From positions 2,807,434-2,871,433 of the forward strand of contig CM082593.2 of the NCBI GenBank assembly GCA_040954595.2: DNA of 64,000 nucleotides, given 5' to 3'. The position numbers and the translations under genes were made by a program. The notes below the pieces were generated by a model that worked only from the letters and a program-made list of their open reading frames with translations, did not search any database and was not told the DNA's origin. Of the stretch, positions 27,078 through 39,811 are shown piece after piece. The DNA is from Balanoglossus misakiensis (taxonomy: Eukaryota; Animalia; Hemichordata). Within the stretch, counting starts at the first letter, position 1. Each line of letters opens with the position of its first letter.

Positions 27078-29805
27078 AATCCTTGACAGTTGGTCTTAAT
27101 TCTATTCTTGTACAAAGTATACGATTGTAAATATATCTAAACGACGACGAGCGTTATTTACCCACGTGACAAAATCTAAGCTTTAATACTTCGTAAGATA
27201 ACGATATTTGCCGAATACTTGTGGTAGACGGTACTGTTGTGAGGTGGCAGTAATAGCAGTATCTGTCAAGCCATGTGCACCTGTGGAATAAAAATTAACA
27301 TATATAGAGATGTCGAAAATATTGGCCGTTTAAATTGAACCTTTCATATGTATTTCCTATATATAAAAAATATAGCACTGCATTAGATACAGATAAAACA
27401 ATGGAAGAGGCTGTTATTGGTCAGTCAACCGTCCTCTTTATTGTTTGGTTACCCTTTGTTACATCCGGAAAAACAGTGATAAAATGTAGTGTATGTTACA
27501 CGTGTCATGGTGACTCTAATTAAATTTTAATACCTACGACTACATAGGAAATACTGATGTTGTTGTAGTACGTGTACATGTCTTGTAAACTTGGATCTGC
27601 AATATTGGCAGTGAACTGTGCCCACAACAGTGCTGGTTCATAGATTCCGTTTATACGCCCATATGTATCCTTTTTTGGACTTCGTGTTTTCTTTCTACAA
27701 CACAGAAAGTGTATTCTATTTATAATAAATGTGACGTCACTTAAGGAAGCTAAACAAACCAGATATGTAAATTAATCATAATGACATACAGGTAGCTCTC
27801 ACTCTGCAGCTCTGTATATTAACCCCGGCTCTCTGCGCTAACATAAAACAGGAAGTTTGGTACTATGCCCATATCAAGCTATTTTATTTATACTCTCTTT
27901 CGGGTGTACCTTTAGGAATATTTCGCAGGGTTGAAAGGTCAGCGGTAGCTGTCTGCTCTTTGACCCCAAAACAAAAGCGGCCATATTGACTTGTGGCTAT
28001 TGTGACAAACTCACGACACTAAAATGGCCGCCCCCGTCTTTAGGGGCGTTTAGGAATGGTTAAGTACGAATTCAAGAATACCGAAAAAAATGTGTCGCTG
28101 GCAATTGTGCTGCCGCTTGAAAAGATCACATCATCATTTTTGCCGTTTCCTTGCAAACACTTCTTTGCCGTATCTTGTTTTTTTGACAACCACTCATTTT
28201 ATGTTGCATGCTTTGGTACATTCAACTATAATCAGAAGAGTGTGTGAGAGAATGAATATCGTCAAGTTGGAGTCGAAGGACAAACTGTTAATGGAGAGAG
28301 GGGTTTGAGACCGAATAATACTTTTTTAACCAAAGCAGTCCAAGACCAGTTTATTCACAGTCAAGGCATATTCGCACACAACCAAAAATATCAATATTAC
28401 AACTATGTCTTCGTCATATGCAAATGATAAGCGTGAGGTAGACACCCCTCGGAATGATTATCTTTGAACAATATTTTATTGAAAGTTAATATTAATAACT
28501 TAATTTTTTCATGAACCAGTGCAAAGATATATGTATGTTATTCCTGGTGTAATATATTTCAATATGATAATTTTGTAACATTTGGGCACGATTCTTTCTT
28601 AGTATGATGAATGCTGTTTGAAGAAAAAAAATCACTCTTCCATTTTAAATTAGTATCTGGATCACCCCTATCAAATAAGTGAATTTTGCCTTTTAGTGGA
28701 ATTATCAGAATAAACCAATTCTAGCCTGTATCATAAATGCTTGTTGTCTGTGATTATTTTATGACTGTAGAGGGCAGCTTAGCATGGTCACCACCTGCAC
28801 CTCAATGACTGACATTGCTAATGGGCACGAAGAGTAACAGTTTGTATTTTTCGGGACTATCGATTTCCACTTAGCCCTTCCCCACCCTCCCTATATTCAC
28901 ACCTTGTGTTTTTCTCGCCGAATACTTAGAGTGGTTACGTAAGTCCACTGGGTCTTTTGTTTATGACACTGTCGTATGTTTGTCTTTGAAAGTTACTTAT
29001 AAATTCCATTAGTTGCTCCATCCGATTGTGTCTGAATGGGTGGGGTGGGGGTTCATTACGCCTGCACAGTGGTTTCATTCTTGGTGCTTGAAAATCATTG
29101 CCACAGAAAACACCCAACCACGAGCCGCTATGAAAAAATACAGGTAGGTGAGTAAATCGTAAATTTTACATTCCCAAATAGGAGCTTAACGATTAACATA
29201 TTTTATATTCACTTGTCGATGGTTTGCAGGGGTAATAGTATGCCCATCTAAATTTAGTTGGCACGTTTAAAAAAAGAAATGGTTATGTGTATTTTCCTGG
29301 AAATAGATTTCTACCAGTGGAATTGTTGATGGCCACGTACCACGTGTTCTGCATAGCCCGCTCATAAATTCGTATGGAAAAACGGTGTCTACAAATAACT
29401 CGTGGTATTTATCATTTTATTTAGCTGTCGGTTTAACCCAGGGTATATTATAATGCTAAGGCGGCCAGTAGCTGTACATTGTGCCCTTTTGAAGCCTTGT
29501 CAGTGGTGTGATTTCTCCTCGACTGCTCATTTGTTGGATTCGATCGGTGGGTATAGTTGTCCTGTTTGTAATGAATAATACACTAACTGTATATGCAGTA
29601 CTTTCGTGTGTGTTACTCAACTCAATTTAGCGTTCATTACTGAAATGGCAGTCTGGTGTGTGTCCACGGTTGAAGTCCATTGAATGGATTGGATGTGGAT
29701 AATATGAGCTCCTCATTGTGAATTCTATGAATTGCATTTTTTAACAGATTGACTGCTTTCAAGCTGTAACCAGACATTCTAGGACCAGAAGGGTTCTCAT
29801 TAAAA

Positions 29806-32800
29806 ATGAAATACCTCAAAGATCTGGACAAGCAATTTTTCGGAGGAAATTTCGTCAGTGATGCAAAACATATCATTTTTCTGACGCTGCCTCTCGTAAG
29901 TACAGGATTCTTTTCCAGATTATCTTATAGTTATCAGCTGCAATAGTGATGAGGCAGATAATTAAAAACAATCACGTGATTGATTAGAAGGATTTATGAA
30001 CACGCTTTTTTCGGACTACAATATCAATAAAACAAATACATGTAAAATAATTCCATATCCAATTTTATAATTTTCATTAGAGCCTCATGAGCTGCCACAT
30101 ATTTTAACGATGGCACTCTAGTACGCATGTGCGCCTATCACGATACGGTTCTATACTCTTATAGTAGGCTGAATAAACTGGTGTGACACCCGTCTATTAT
30201 TTATCTCATTCAAATTTGTTTTCTTATTTCAGTTTGCAGTCTCGTTCTTGAATGTGATAGTTGGAGTAATTAGCACCTTCTATTGTGGTACTGTGGGTAA
30301 AAATGAATTGGACGCGTGCGCTTTGGCTCAATCGGTCAGTATACAACACGTACACGTATGTTTGATCAGTCAAATCAGGGGTGCTTTTTTATTTAATTTC
30401 GAAGGCGTCAAACTGGTAACACCTGTAAATCTGCATATAATAAGTGGTCTGAGACCGCAATCTGACACCCTAGCTATCTGATCTTTTCATTTGGCAACAC
30501 TTCTTGTTCTACTTAGGTAGTCAATGTAGTTGGTTTATCGATGGCATATGGTGTGGTAGGGGCTTGCGACACTCTGTTTTCACAGGTAAGTTTTTAATAC
30601 TAGTACAGTAATATGTAGTTGGAGTTTTCTACGCGGGCTGAATCATCGACAAGTTAGATGTCCCTGAGTCTGGTGTCATGGCAGCTATTCCACGTCATAA
30701 TGGCCGTTTGGACCGTATCGACGCTGAACAGACTCGCAGTTCAAGCAAGGCGATAGAGGAAGAGCTGATGCCGGAAATTGCAGGTCTTCGCTCAAGGATT
30801 GAAAAACTGGAGCCGAAATTCGGTACTGCCTCTAGCAATGAAATGGACGAATCGAATTTTGACGTAAATCGTTTCACTATCAGTGTCAACCTCGCACAAG
30901 AAGACTGTGAGCACCTCGAAAGGAAAGGGGCAGACGCCCTCAACAATGGCATCGACATTCCTGCAGTGACACACAGGTGGCCAAGTGCTGTAGACTGCGC
31001 TTGCGTCATCGTGGTGGCAGAGGCAGGTGTCGTAAAAGTTGGATTTTGACACTCGTGAACAAAGACATCAAAGACACTGTAAGATACACTCCAAAATAAC
31101 TACATCTTCTTACATGGCGTTACCATTTCAGACCTATGGGAGTGATAATAAGAAAAAGGTCGGCGTTATTTTGCAACGGAGTTTTTTTGTCATGTTCATC
31201 TGCTGCGTTTTGTGCTGTACAGTCCTCCAGAATGCGGAGATAATACTACTGCTATGCAACCAGGACCCGCTCATCGCCCAGTAAGTATACGGTGTCATTT
31301 GCATTTAAAGGGACTGCTGGCCAGAGTAAAAAAGGCCACCACCGAGAACGTAGAATGTCTGGTGGAATTCGCTCGCTCGGTAGGTCAAGATGTTGAGTGC
31401 CGATATTCGCGCCTTTGTCGTCGGCGTGCTAATTAAATATGGTTCGATTTGCATATAAAGTGAACGCTGAATGGAAAACAATGAGGAGAAAATTGAGCAA
31501 CCACAAACAGTAATGGACTAGCTATAACGTATATTTGTGTTTCACCTATGTGCAGAATTACTACCCTGTCATGTTAGTATTTCCTATATATATCATTTCA
31601 TTAGTTTTCTAAAATAAGAAAACAAACTAATGCACTTTGGCACTCGATTTATCACGTTTGATAACAGAATGAATGGAAACTCACTTAGCCACAACCGATA
31701 TGCAAATGGAAAATACAAAATAAAAATATATTCACATATCCGGCATGTGTACTGAATTTTGTTACGCAGAAGTCGAAACTTCGCCCTCGGCAGACAAGCC
31801 CATTGAACGCAAGTCAAAATAACGCCATTTTTTAAATACAAATTTCATGCCCATATATGTTGAAAACTTGTAATATAGTTCATTCATTTCCCTGTTTGCA
31901 GTTTGTCTGGGATCTACTGCAAGATACTTGTCGCACGCATACCTGTAAGTACTAGTATGCAAATTACGTATTTTAATGTTTTTAAGTATCGTACCAAACA
32001 TTTGTCATATAAATGCGCGGATGCTTCTAAAAGCAAATTTAATAAATGCTAAATTATTCAACTGACAACAAAAATGCAAAAATGACCATGTATTTAATAG
32101 TGTGGTTTTAACATCGATAAAACACTTGTGTCTAAGTGTGTCCGTAGTTCCCACACAGATGTATGATGTGTGTGTTATACATACATGTATAGCCGTATAT
32201 ACAACATTCCCATATTTCTCCCGACAGGCCACATTTCTAGGGATGTTAATTGTCAGCTATTTGCAGAGCCAACACATTGTCTTACCTACAGTGATTGCGT
32301 ATTCTATCGGTGCGGTGTTTCACGTTCTCTTAAGTTATGTTTTGGTTATCAAGTTCAAGTTTGGGCTTCGGTAAGTTATGACCCATATTGCTTCGAGTTT
32401 GACAAAATGAATGTTCAAGAACTACAGAAACCCACCCAACAAACTCTTATATCATGTTTTTTTTTACAAACCTCATTAAATGGAATAATTAGATTTTTTT
32501 TCCAACAGTGGCACTGCATCATCTGAAGTCATAGCCAGCTGGTATTCGTTTTCCATTTTACTTTCCATCGTAATCAGACGGAAACTCCATGAAGAAACGT
32601 GGACAGGTAATCATCTAACCATAATAGTTGTTCTGTTCTGTTCTGTCATTTTCTTCTTCTTCCCTCTACCGTTTCCTTCTACGATTCGGCAAGTATATGA
32701 ACGATTCTTCTGAAATTCGGCATGGTGCCGGTGTGTTTCATTCCTACGTCACCATACATATACTGCGTCGAGAGTCGCCAATCGAAATGCACGTTACAGT

Positions 32801-35490
32801 GTGACATACAATTTAACAATGCACAATATTCTTCACGTTGTATAGGCTGGTCTTTTGAGAGTTTAAATAATTGGACTGAAATTACCAAGGTTGCTGTTCC
32901 AAGTGTCTTGATGGATTGTCTGGAATGGTGGACTTTCGAAATAGGCTTTGTCTTATCAGGTATGTGTTTGACCAATCACTACTGATTTCTCTAATTTAAT
33001 ATTTATTACGTCACAACGTCAGAGGAATATCATATTAGAAAGGCCTCTCCGCGTGATCTAGGTGGTACAGAAGTCATTTTTACTTGTGATAAACTCGCCT
33101 TATATGAGCATGAATGAAATGGTGTTATGTAGTAGAGGTATACACAGAATCTGGCCGTGTATAAATGGACTCATGGTCGAAACGCGAAGTAATGGATGCG
33201 GTGCGCGGAGTAATGGATATTTCGTCCAAACATGGTCGTAAGCGTTCTCACTCGAGATCGCTGCGTTCCTTGAAAAAACGGTTGCACAATGCATGGCATC
33301 AATCGTGTAAATGACTTCTGTTCGGCAAAGAGGTCATCCTGTTCTGTCAAAGTATGTACACGTCATAATACCGGTTCTTCAACCACCTTGTCACTTTGTC
33401 AGGAATGATCAGCACGGATGATTTGTCTGTCCAAGTTATCACATATCAACTGAGCGATATCTTGTGCAGGGTGAGATATTTTTCTTTTATTAGGCCATAC
33501 TTGTATTGAATCAGCTTCGACCAATCACACATAGTCTTACAAGGGACAGGGAGTATGCCTAGTGCCGACTACGGTCACTACACACAAGTCTCTCGTTTGG
33601 CACATGCGCATATGACGATCGTCGCCTTTTTATACTCGCTGTCATTAACGTTGTGTCTATCCTGTCCAGCCTTCGTGGAGCCTAGCGACTGCCACCATAA
33701 TAAGCATTGGAAATGCACTTGGAGGAAATCAACCTGACGCAGCAAAATATGCAAGTCGAGTGGCAGTTACAATAAATGGTAAGCCTTATGCACCAGTATT
33801 TCAGAGTAAAATCTCTCCGTGTGTAACATAAAGTGATTTCAAATTTGAAGGGAAATAAGATTCATATAATTATAAATATTCGCTTCTTTTGTACAAGTAA
33901 CAACAAAGTCCAACGATACAGGCCACTTTCTCTGTGTCATTTTCCTCCAGTAACAATCACCATGACAGCGTCCTTTATTCTCTTATCAAGCACAGATGTC
34001 ATTCCTCTGATTTACACCAACGATCGGTAAGTACCTCCTCGGTCTTGTTCTTTGTATTACGCCACCAATTTATTGTGTAGTGAATGCTGCCTGGTTTGCA
34101 AGATTCGTCTAAGTCTTCATGTTAACATTTTTTTTCTGTTTTCCATTACAAGTACCGTGATGCGAAAGGCTGCCCGGGTGATACCTCTTCTAGCCCTCTT
34201 TCAGTTTATTTACAATACCAATGTGAGTATTATATAACAATTTTATTATCAAATGTTCCATAATTTACGCTACATGTAGATCACAATGATGGCCTTGATT
34301 TATTTTTGTCACGATGATACTTTTATTAAACGACACGAGCTAACGTTTTTAAAGTAAAGTTCTTCTACATATTTTAGAGGGCATACTGATTCCTATATTA
34401 TGCAGAACGGAGTACATTATCGGCATAATCTCATTTATTGGCGAGTGAATTTTAAAGAGTAAACTGTGATTAGGCGAATGACAGAAACCCTGGTTTGTTT
34501 TCCAGGTCATACTGGGTGGTGTTATTCGAGGCTGTGGAAGACAGAAGTTAGGAGCTATTGTAAATTTATGTACATTTGCTGGCTGGGTGCCTCTTTCATA
34601 TCTTCTTATGTTTTATGTACATTGGGGTGTTTATGGTAAGTATGTAAAATAGATATCAGAAATTCTTTCTTCTTTATTGCTCAGAAATCCTTTTGTCCTA
34701 TGCAAAATAAAGCATTCCTGGAAAATATTAACTAACCGATGACGCGTACACTCGCTTCGTATGTATAGATATGACTATATATAGTTAAAGGGGCGTGGCT
34801 AAGGTTTTAGTGACCGTGTGGTGGCGTTCGTCTCGTCGTTGATGTTGACTGTGTAAAAGTAATAGAACGCTCATAAAGTTCTGTTTGATTAGGTGTTGCT
34901 ATAGATTGGTATTAACTCTTCAAGTTTGTTGCTCTTTACAGGTTATTGGACAAGTGTGACGTGTACAGCCTCGGTGCAGCTAATAGTTTTCTTTGTTGTA
35001 TTGTACAGACAAGATTGGCAGAAAGAAAGTGTTAAGGTAATCTTGTAATATTATGATATGATACTGAAACACACATATTTTATTATTACATTTTGAAATC
35101 AAGTTATGTACAACCGCGAGTAACATTTTGCCCATTTTGACGTCTAGTCAACATAATGATGTTTTAAAAGCATATGCTTAGATATTCCAATATTTGATTC
35201 CAGTGTGTGTACCTTTTCATTTCCAGGCTCAAATACGAGCTGGTGTGAAGTCTACAATGTCAAAGGAGTCTGATATCTTACAAGACAGCAATGTTAACAA
35301 TATGAGCACGAACTATGAGAAATTAATTGAAGAAGACAATTTCACACCTGCACTTTCGCCAGATTCGGTTGTTTCACAAAGAACAATAATCCAAAAGACA
35401 TTAATTTTACTGTTATTTCTCATGATATTCATCATCGGTGTGGTAACAAGTGAAGTGATTACGCCAATTGCTCGAAAAACAATTATTTAA
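29806..35490 (+). CDS. SLC47A1: Multidrug and toxin extrusion (MATE, SLC47-family) transporter; join(29806..29895,30233..30334,30517..30585,31132..31280,31902..31944,32228..32370,32509..32606,32846..32959,33403..33470,33670..33778,33951..34026,34153..34222,34506..34635,34942..35036,35227..35490), 539 aa
   Basis: Motifs FYCGTVGKNELDACALAQS, ACDTLFSQ|TYGSDNKKKVGVILQRS, GWSFESLNNW..CLEWWTFEIG, IGNALGG, GGVIRGCGRQKLGAIVN and a C-terminal 13th TM helix match MATE1-type proteins. All 14 introns are GT-AG with consistent phases; 1620 nt with no internal stop. The symbol indicates family likeness, not proven one-to-one orthology. Confidence 0.93.
30678..31070 (+). mobile_element. Decayed non-LTR retrotransposon ORF1-like fragment in MATE intron 3
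   Basis: Translation shows a coiled-coil-like segment (EIAGLRSRIEKLE) followed by FDVNRFTISVNLAQEDCEHLERK..GVVKVGF/DTREQ. This resembles the coiled-coil + RRM layout of LINE ORF1 proteins. It is interrupted and is not part of the MATE reading frame. Confidence 0.35.
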
Positions 35491-35812
35491 ACCAGTCATG
35501 TCTCAAACCGATATGCTATTTGTACGGCTGGTGAGATATATTCAATTTAGCTTTCATTTAACCGGACAGTGCGGGTGAAATAGGGCATCTTTAAGTGGTT
35601 AACGGTGGCTGTAGCATATTAGCAGGTATAGCTTTAATTTTTAGTCAAACCTAAAAACGTTTTCACCAAGTAGGTAAGGTAGAACATTCTCGTGTGGTAG
35701 ACTAGATTTCAAGATGTTGGAAGTTTAATTAATTAGAGTGCAGAAGATAAATTAATACTAAGTCAATTTTCACTGAAAGCTCGGACGAGGATACATTTTG
35801 TGGGTTTCTATA

Positions 35813-35818
35813 AATAAA
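35813..35818 (+). terminator. Putative polyadenylation signal of the MATE gene
   Basis: Overlapping AATAAA hexamers (TAAATAAATAAATAA) about 320 nt after the stop, followed by GT/T-rich sequence. Confidence 0.5.
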
Positions 35819-35974
35819 TAAATAAGTGATTGCTTGCTGTCTTCACTGGTATCAGACGTCCGTTTGACAAGGTCGTTCTCAAATCGCGTCATCTCATCAA
35901 AAATGTGATATGTTGGTCCCGAGTGGTTCGCTGGGCAAAACCCTCATTAGCTCGCTCACTTACAACGCAAGAAG

Positions 35975-38900
35975 ATGGATGGCAACGACGTCGTCAAACA
36001 CGGTTATCTCTTCATTAAACGACCGCCTGGCCGGAACATTTTCGCGCTAAAGGTAAGAGGAATTGCTTTTTTATAGAAAGTCACGAGCTTCCCGAGGTAA
36101 GGGGTATTGTAAAATGTGACTGAAAATCATGGAAGAATCTTATGAAAATGTACAGACGAATTCTTGGTTTTACTATTTTTATATACGGAAATATTGTCAT
36201 GGATACGGATATCGGTGGATTTAGTCTTTAAAAGGATTGCGTGAACCGCAAATCCAGCAGTTAAATGCTTTAGCCTGAAACAAATTCAACAATTTTGTGA
36301 AGGGAATCAAGATAATTGAGGAGGTTGTGGGAATCTGTGTTATTTTTCAAATTAAAAAGGTTACAGAAATCGCGCTATATATTTCGTAATCCAACGGTCA
36401 AGTTTAATTGTCGACGTTTTGGTCACGTGACAGGAAATTAAAACAAGTCTGACGGGTTTTACCACTTTTTCGTTGACTTCTGAATGCTCAAAAATTTAAA
36501 AACAAAGTTGCGTTATCCGTAATTCCTTCCCAGCGGACTGCTGTTTTCCCCTAATTACGACTAAGTAGTCAGAAGCAACCGCGAAAACGACGTGTCTCGC
36601 GAGATAATTTCCGTGATTCGCCGAATTATATGTTCTGCGACCATCCCCAGATGACACCACTTCCGATCTCCGCACAAACATTTTTTGAACGGGAATCAAC
36701 CAAGGCGTTATGTCTGTATCTAGATGTTTCCCCTGTCTCTCAGTCAATTCGTACTCCTCTTCATCTCATTCCTCTTCTTATCACCAATCGCCGTGACTTT
36801 CTCTTTTTTTCCCGAACAGACGTGGTACTATTGGTATTTTCTCTTGCTGGATGATTCGGCAACCGGACCCAAAGAACTTACGTACACGCGCAAGGCATCA
36901 ACGTTACACAAGGGTAAAACTGGCTCCCGGTTGCTGTCCCTGGAAAACATAGCATTCGCTGGTCCTGTGTCAAGCAAGAAGCGCGGACACTACTCCTTCA
37001 TAATTATATGCAAGGACAACTTTCCCGCCATTCTCTCCAGTAGAAGCGAATCCGTGCGAAACGAGTGGCTGGTGGCGTTCAACCTTCTCATCAGCAAAAT
37101 ACCAAGAGTCGACCCTATTGTTTCCAATGGCATAGTACGATCCAAGAGTGAGTCAGATCGGTTAGGTAGGCCATTTCATATAATTTAAGGTTGCTTTGTC
37201 AGTCTCAGCAGGCTTTTCAAAAATATAATCTTGACTTTTGCGTGTAGTCAAAATTAGGCCTACATGCGGTACATTTACACGCCCCTTCTCAGTCTTAAGA
37301 AATATCCCAAAAGTAACTTCTTGCTGAAACAAGTCGCTTAATATTAATGATCAGAGAATCTAAGAGGGTCATTTAATACTGTAAGAGAACGCCTGTCTGT
37401 TAAAAATCTTGTAAAAAATCTGCAATTTAGGATTTTTTGTTCTTTTAGCAACAGCAGCGGTGGGAGTCGGCACGTACCTTGTTGAGATCATAAACTGTCC
37501 CATACAGGAGCTCTTCAGACAGACTCGTTACTGCCTGCTTGAAATAGGACAGAATTTCCTGTGCGTTAAGGGTAGGAATCCATTCAAAATGGAGTACATC
37601 TGCTACTCTACGGCGATACTGGCTGTGCAGACAGATCACAACTGCGGCCGGAAGAGTCTCACCATCGAAGTCATACGGTACGTCTTTGTTTTGGAAGTTT
37701 GTGATTATGCGCTATGGTTTGGTACATGTAGTCCAGAATCCAGACTAGTGTGTTTTTCGCTATGTTTTTACACACTGGCGTTTATGCTTCTGAACAGGTT
37801 AGGGGACATCTCACAGTACACTTTGCCGGAAGGAACCTACCAATTTCTGACTCCCGTTGCCAACGCCATCGCGGCCGATATCCTGCGCACGAACACCGAT
37901 TTCCGGGCAAGATTTAAGATTCAGCAGGACCGGGCAGGATGCGACAATCAAGACGACGTTTACAGCGGTCCTTCTCCGATCTGTTGTCACGGTAAGTATT
38001 TACTAAATCAACATGTCTATCAATGTTGGGGGGGGGGGGGTTATATTGTTGCGTCAGAATTTGAACATTTGTCAAGTCACTCTGTAAATACGAGGGATGA
38101 CGGCTTTGTTGAAAGCAGCAAGGCGTTGAGATGACTCGGAGACACAGCAAATAATTTGGTTGCTAGACCTCTTCACCTACAGACTTCCATCATTACAATT
38201 TGAAGATCACCCCAAAGTAATTTTGGTGAAGTGTGAAAATACTTAATAACGGTTACAATTGTTTTAGATCGCCAGTTGTGTCCGACAGCTGCAGGCTTTG
38301 CGACATCTCGGATGAATTTTCAAAGACGGAGCACAACTCGTAGACATTCTAACACCAGGACAAGCTTCGCAGAGATGCGTGTAACGCACACCCGTTCGAT
38401 TTCTTCGAAAGGTTGGTTTAACTCATAAATTACTTGTAATTTTATGAATATTTCTCCCATCTGTATAGGCCTCTAAAATATCAATAAAATTATTTCCACA
38501 CCTCTATTCCTCAATAATTGTAACTGGTAGCTGAAGGCAAATGGATCAATGATGCTAAAATCAGCAGCCGTCCCACAAATGCATCACGGCGAAATAGAGC
38601 ATGTGGCGATGCCGATGTATAAGCCTACAGTACTTTTAACAGTAGGTCATTTATCATGACTTTTCAGACCCTGTACGTCCTCCTAATGAAAAACAACGAT
38701 CACTAGATTTGCTTCAAGATATTCAAGGAAGCCGAAGGTGTGAGAAATCAGTATTCAAGGGGTCGCAGTTGCCGGTTCGTTCCAGATCCTTCACAGCAGG
38801 CGCAAGGTTCGGAGTTCACAGGTCGCTGAAAGCCATGAAATCTGATCCACGCGACGGCAACAAAATGGCGCCGGCCGTGCGCCCGCGCCCTCGCTCGTTC

Positions 38901-39326
38901 ACTTCCAGCAACTACATGCGCATTTCCCGACCGCTGGCGGCGCCCAAACAACGTTCTCCGCTGGCGCTACACACCGCGCACGCGCACAAGTGCCGCGATG
39001 AAGACACCTATCTGTCGGCCAGTGAAATCAATGTACCGCCGCAAGGGTTGATGAAAGCGAACCAAAGCGACAGCTCCGATGAGGTATTCGACGACACGGC
39101 GTCGGCTTCTACGGCTGGAGAGGTGCAGATGTTCCCCTATAACGACCCCAGGAGTCCAACATCATTTAGGTCACGCTCAACCAGGGAACCTTGGCATAGA
39201 CAGCATTCCCCGTGCCAGATAAAAACGACAGGATCTGCAGAATACATGTCACTCGGATCATTTGACGACCAGCCAGAAGTTAACGCTCCACCCTTGCCGC
39301 CAAGACAGACATTCCCCAACATGTAA
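35975..39326 (+). CDS. PH-domain + IRS-type PTB-like docking/adaptor protein (DOK/IRS/Gab-like); join(35975..36052,36820..37147,37449..37677,37798..37991,38268..38411,38668..39326), about 543 aa
   Basis: N-terminal PH signature VVKHGYLFIKRPP..TWYYWYFLL..SESVRNEWLVAFN. The second module (TYLVEIINCP..CLLEIGQNFLCV..EGTYQFLTPVANAIAADI) is PTB/PH-like. The disordered tail has Tyr motifs (VYSGP, NYMRI, TYLSA, EYMSL) and PPLPPR. GT-AG junctions are phase-consistent. The exon 2 donor (37147 or 37165) and exon 3 acceptor (37449, 37455 or 37458) are ambiguous, but all are in frame. Confidence 0.8.
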
Positions 39327-39363
39327 CGTAAATACATGTAAAGATATGTGACAGTACCCCCCA

Positions 39364-39369
39364 AATAAA
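39364..39369 (+). terminator. Putative polyadenylation signal of the adaptor gene
   Basis: AATAAA 38 nt after the TAA stop at 39326. Confidence 0.4.
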
Positions 39370-39386
39370 TACATGTTTACAGGTAC

Positions 39387-39431
39387 ATGTAATGTGATGC
39401 AATGTAATGAAATGTAATGTAATGTAATGTA
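39387..39431. repeat. Degenerate (AATGT)n pentanucleotide microsatellite
   Basis: atgt aatgt gatgc aatgt aatga aatgt aatgt aatgt aatgt, about 9 units. Confidence 0.8.
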
Positions 39432-39603
39432 GGGGTGTGTTTCTGATGTTGCCACTTCTGCTGCTCCTTCGATCACATATGTATTGTATTTACTTATGTT
39501 TCAAGTCACAAATCACCCAATAAACAACTTCAGTGATATCCTCGTTGATAGAATAAAGACATTTTTTAAAAAGAGTTGTGAAGTGCGTCGGGAATTTATT
39601 GTC

Positions 39604-39811
39604 GATTTTTGACAATTTTCATGGGCTATAACCCATGAAAAATGTCCAGAAATGACAAAAACACCAAAATCCGAGAAGTCGGAAAATGGTGGATTTTTGA
39701 CAATTTTATGGGCTATAACCCATAAAAAATGTCCAGAAATGACAAAAACACCAAAATCCGAGAAGTCGGAAAATGGTGGATTTTTGACAATTTTATGGGC
39801 TATAACCCATG
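39604..39811 (-). repeat. About 2.4 tandem copies of an 87-bp repeat, a diverged relative of the main satellite in inverted orientation
   Basis: ATGGGCTATAACCCAT occurs at 39621, 39708 and 39795 (period 87). Its reverse complement atgggttatagcccataaaattgtcaaaaatccaccattttccgacttctcggatttt.. aligns by hand at roughly 60-65% with the main monomer. Confidence 0.9.

Noticed and set aside
31304-31900. TTAAAGGGAC / TTAAAGG starts (also near 1998, 15768, 34784) as TTAA-targeting DNA transposon ends
   Set aside because: I could not find matching inverted right-hand termini.
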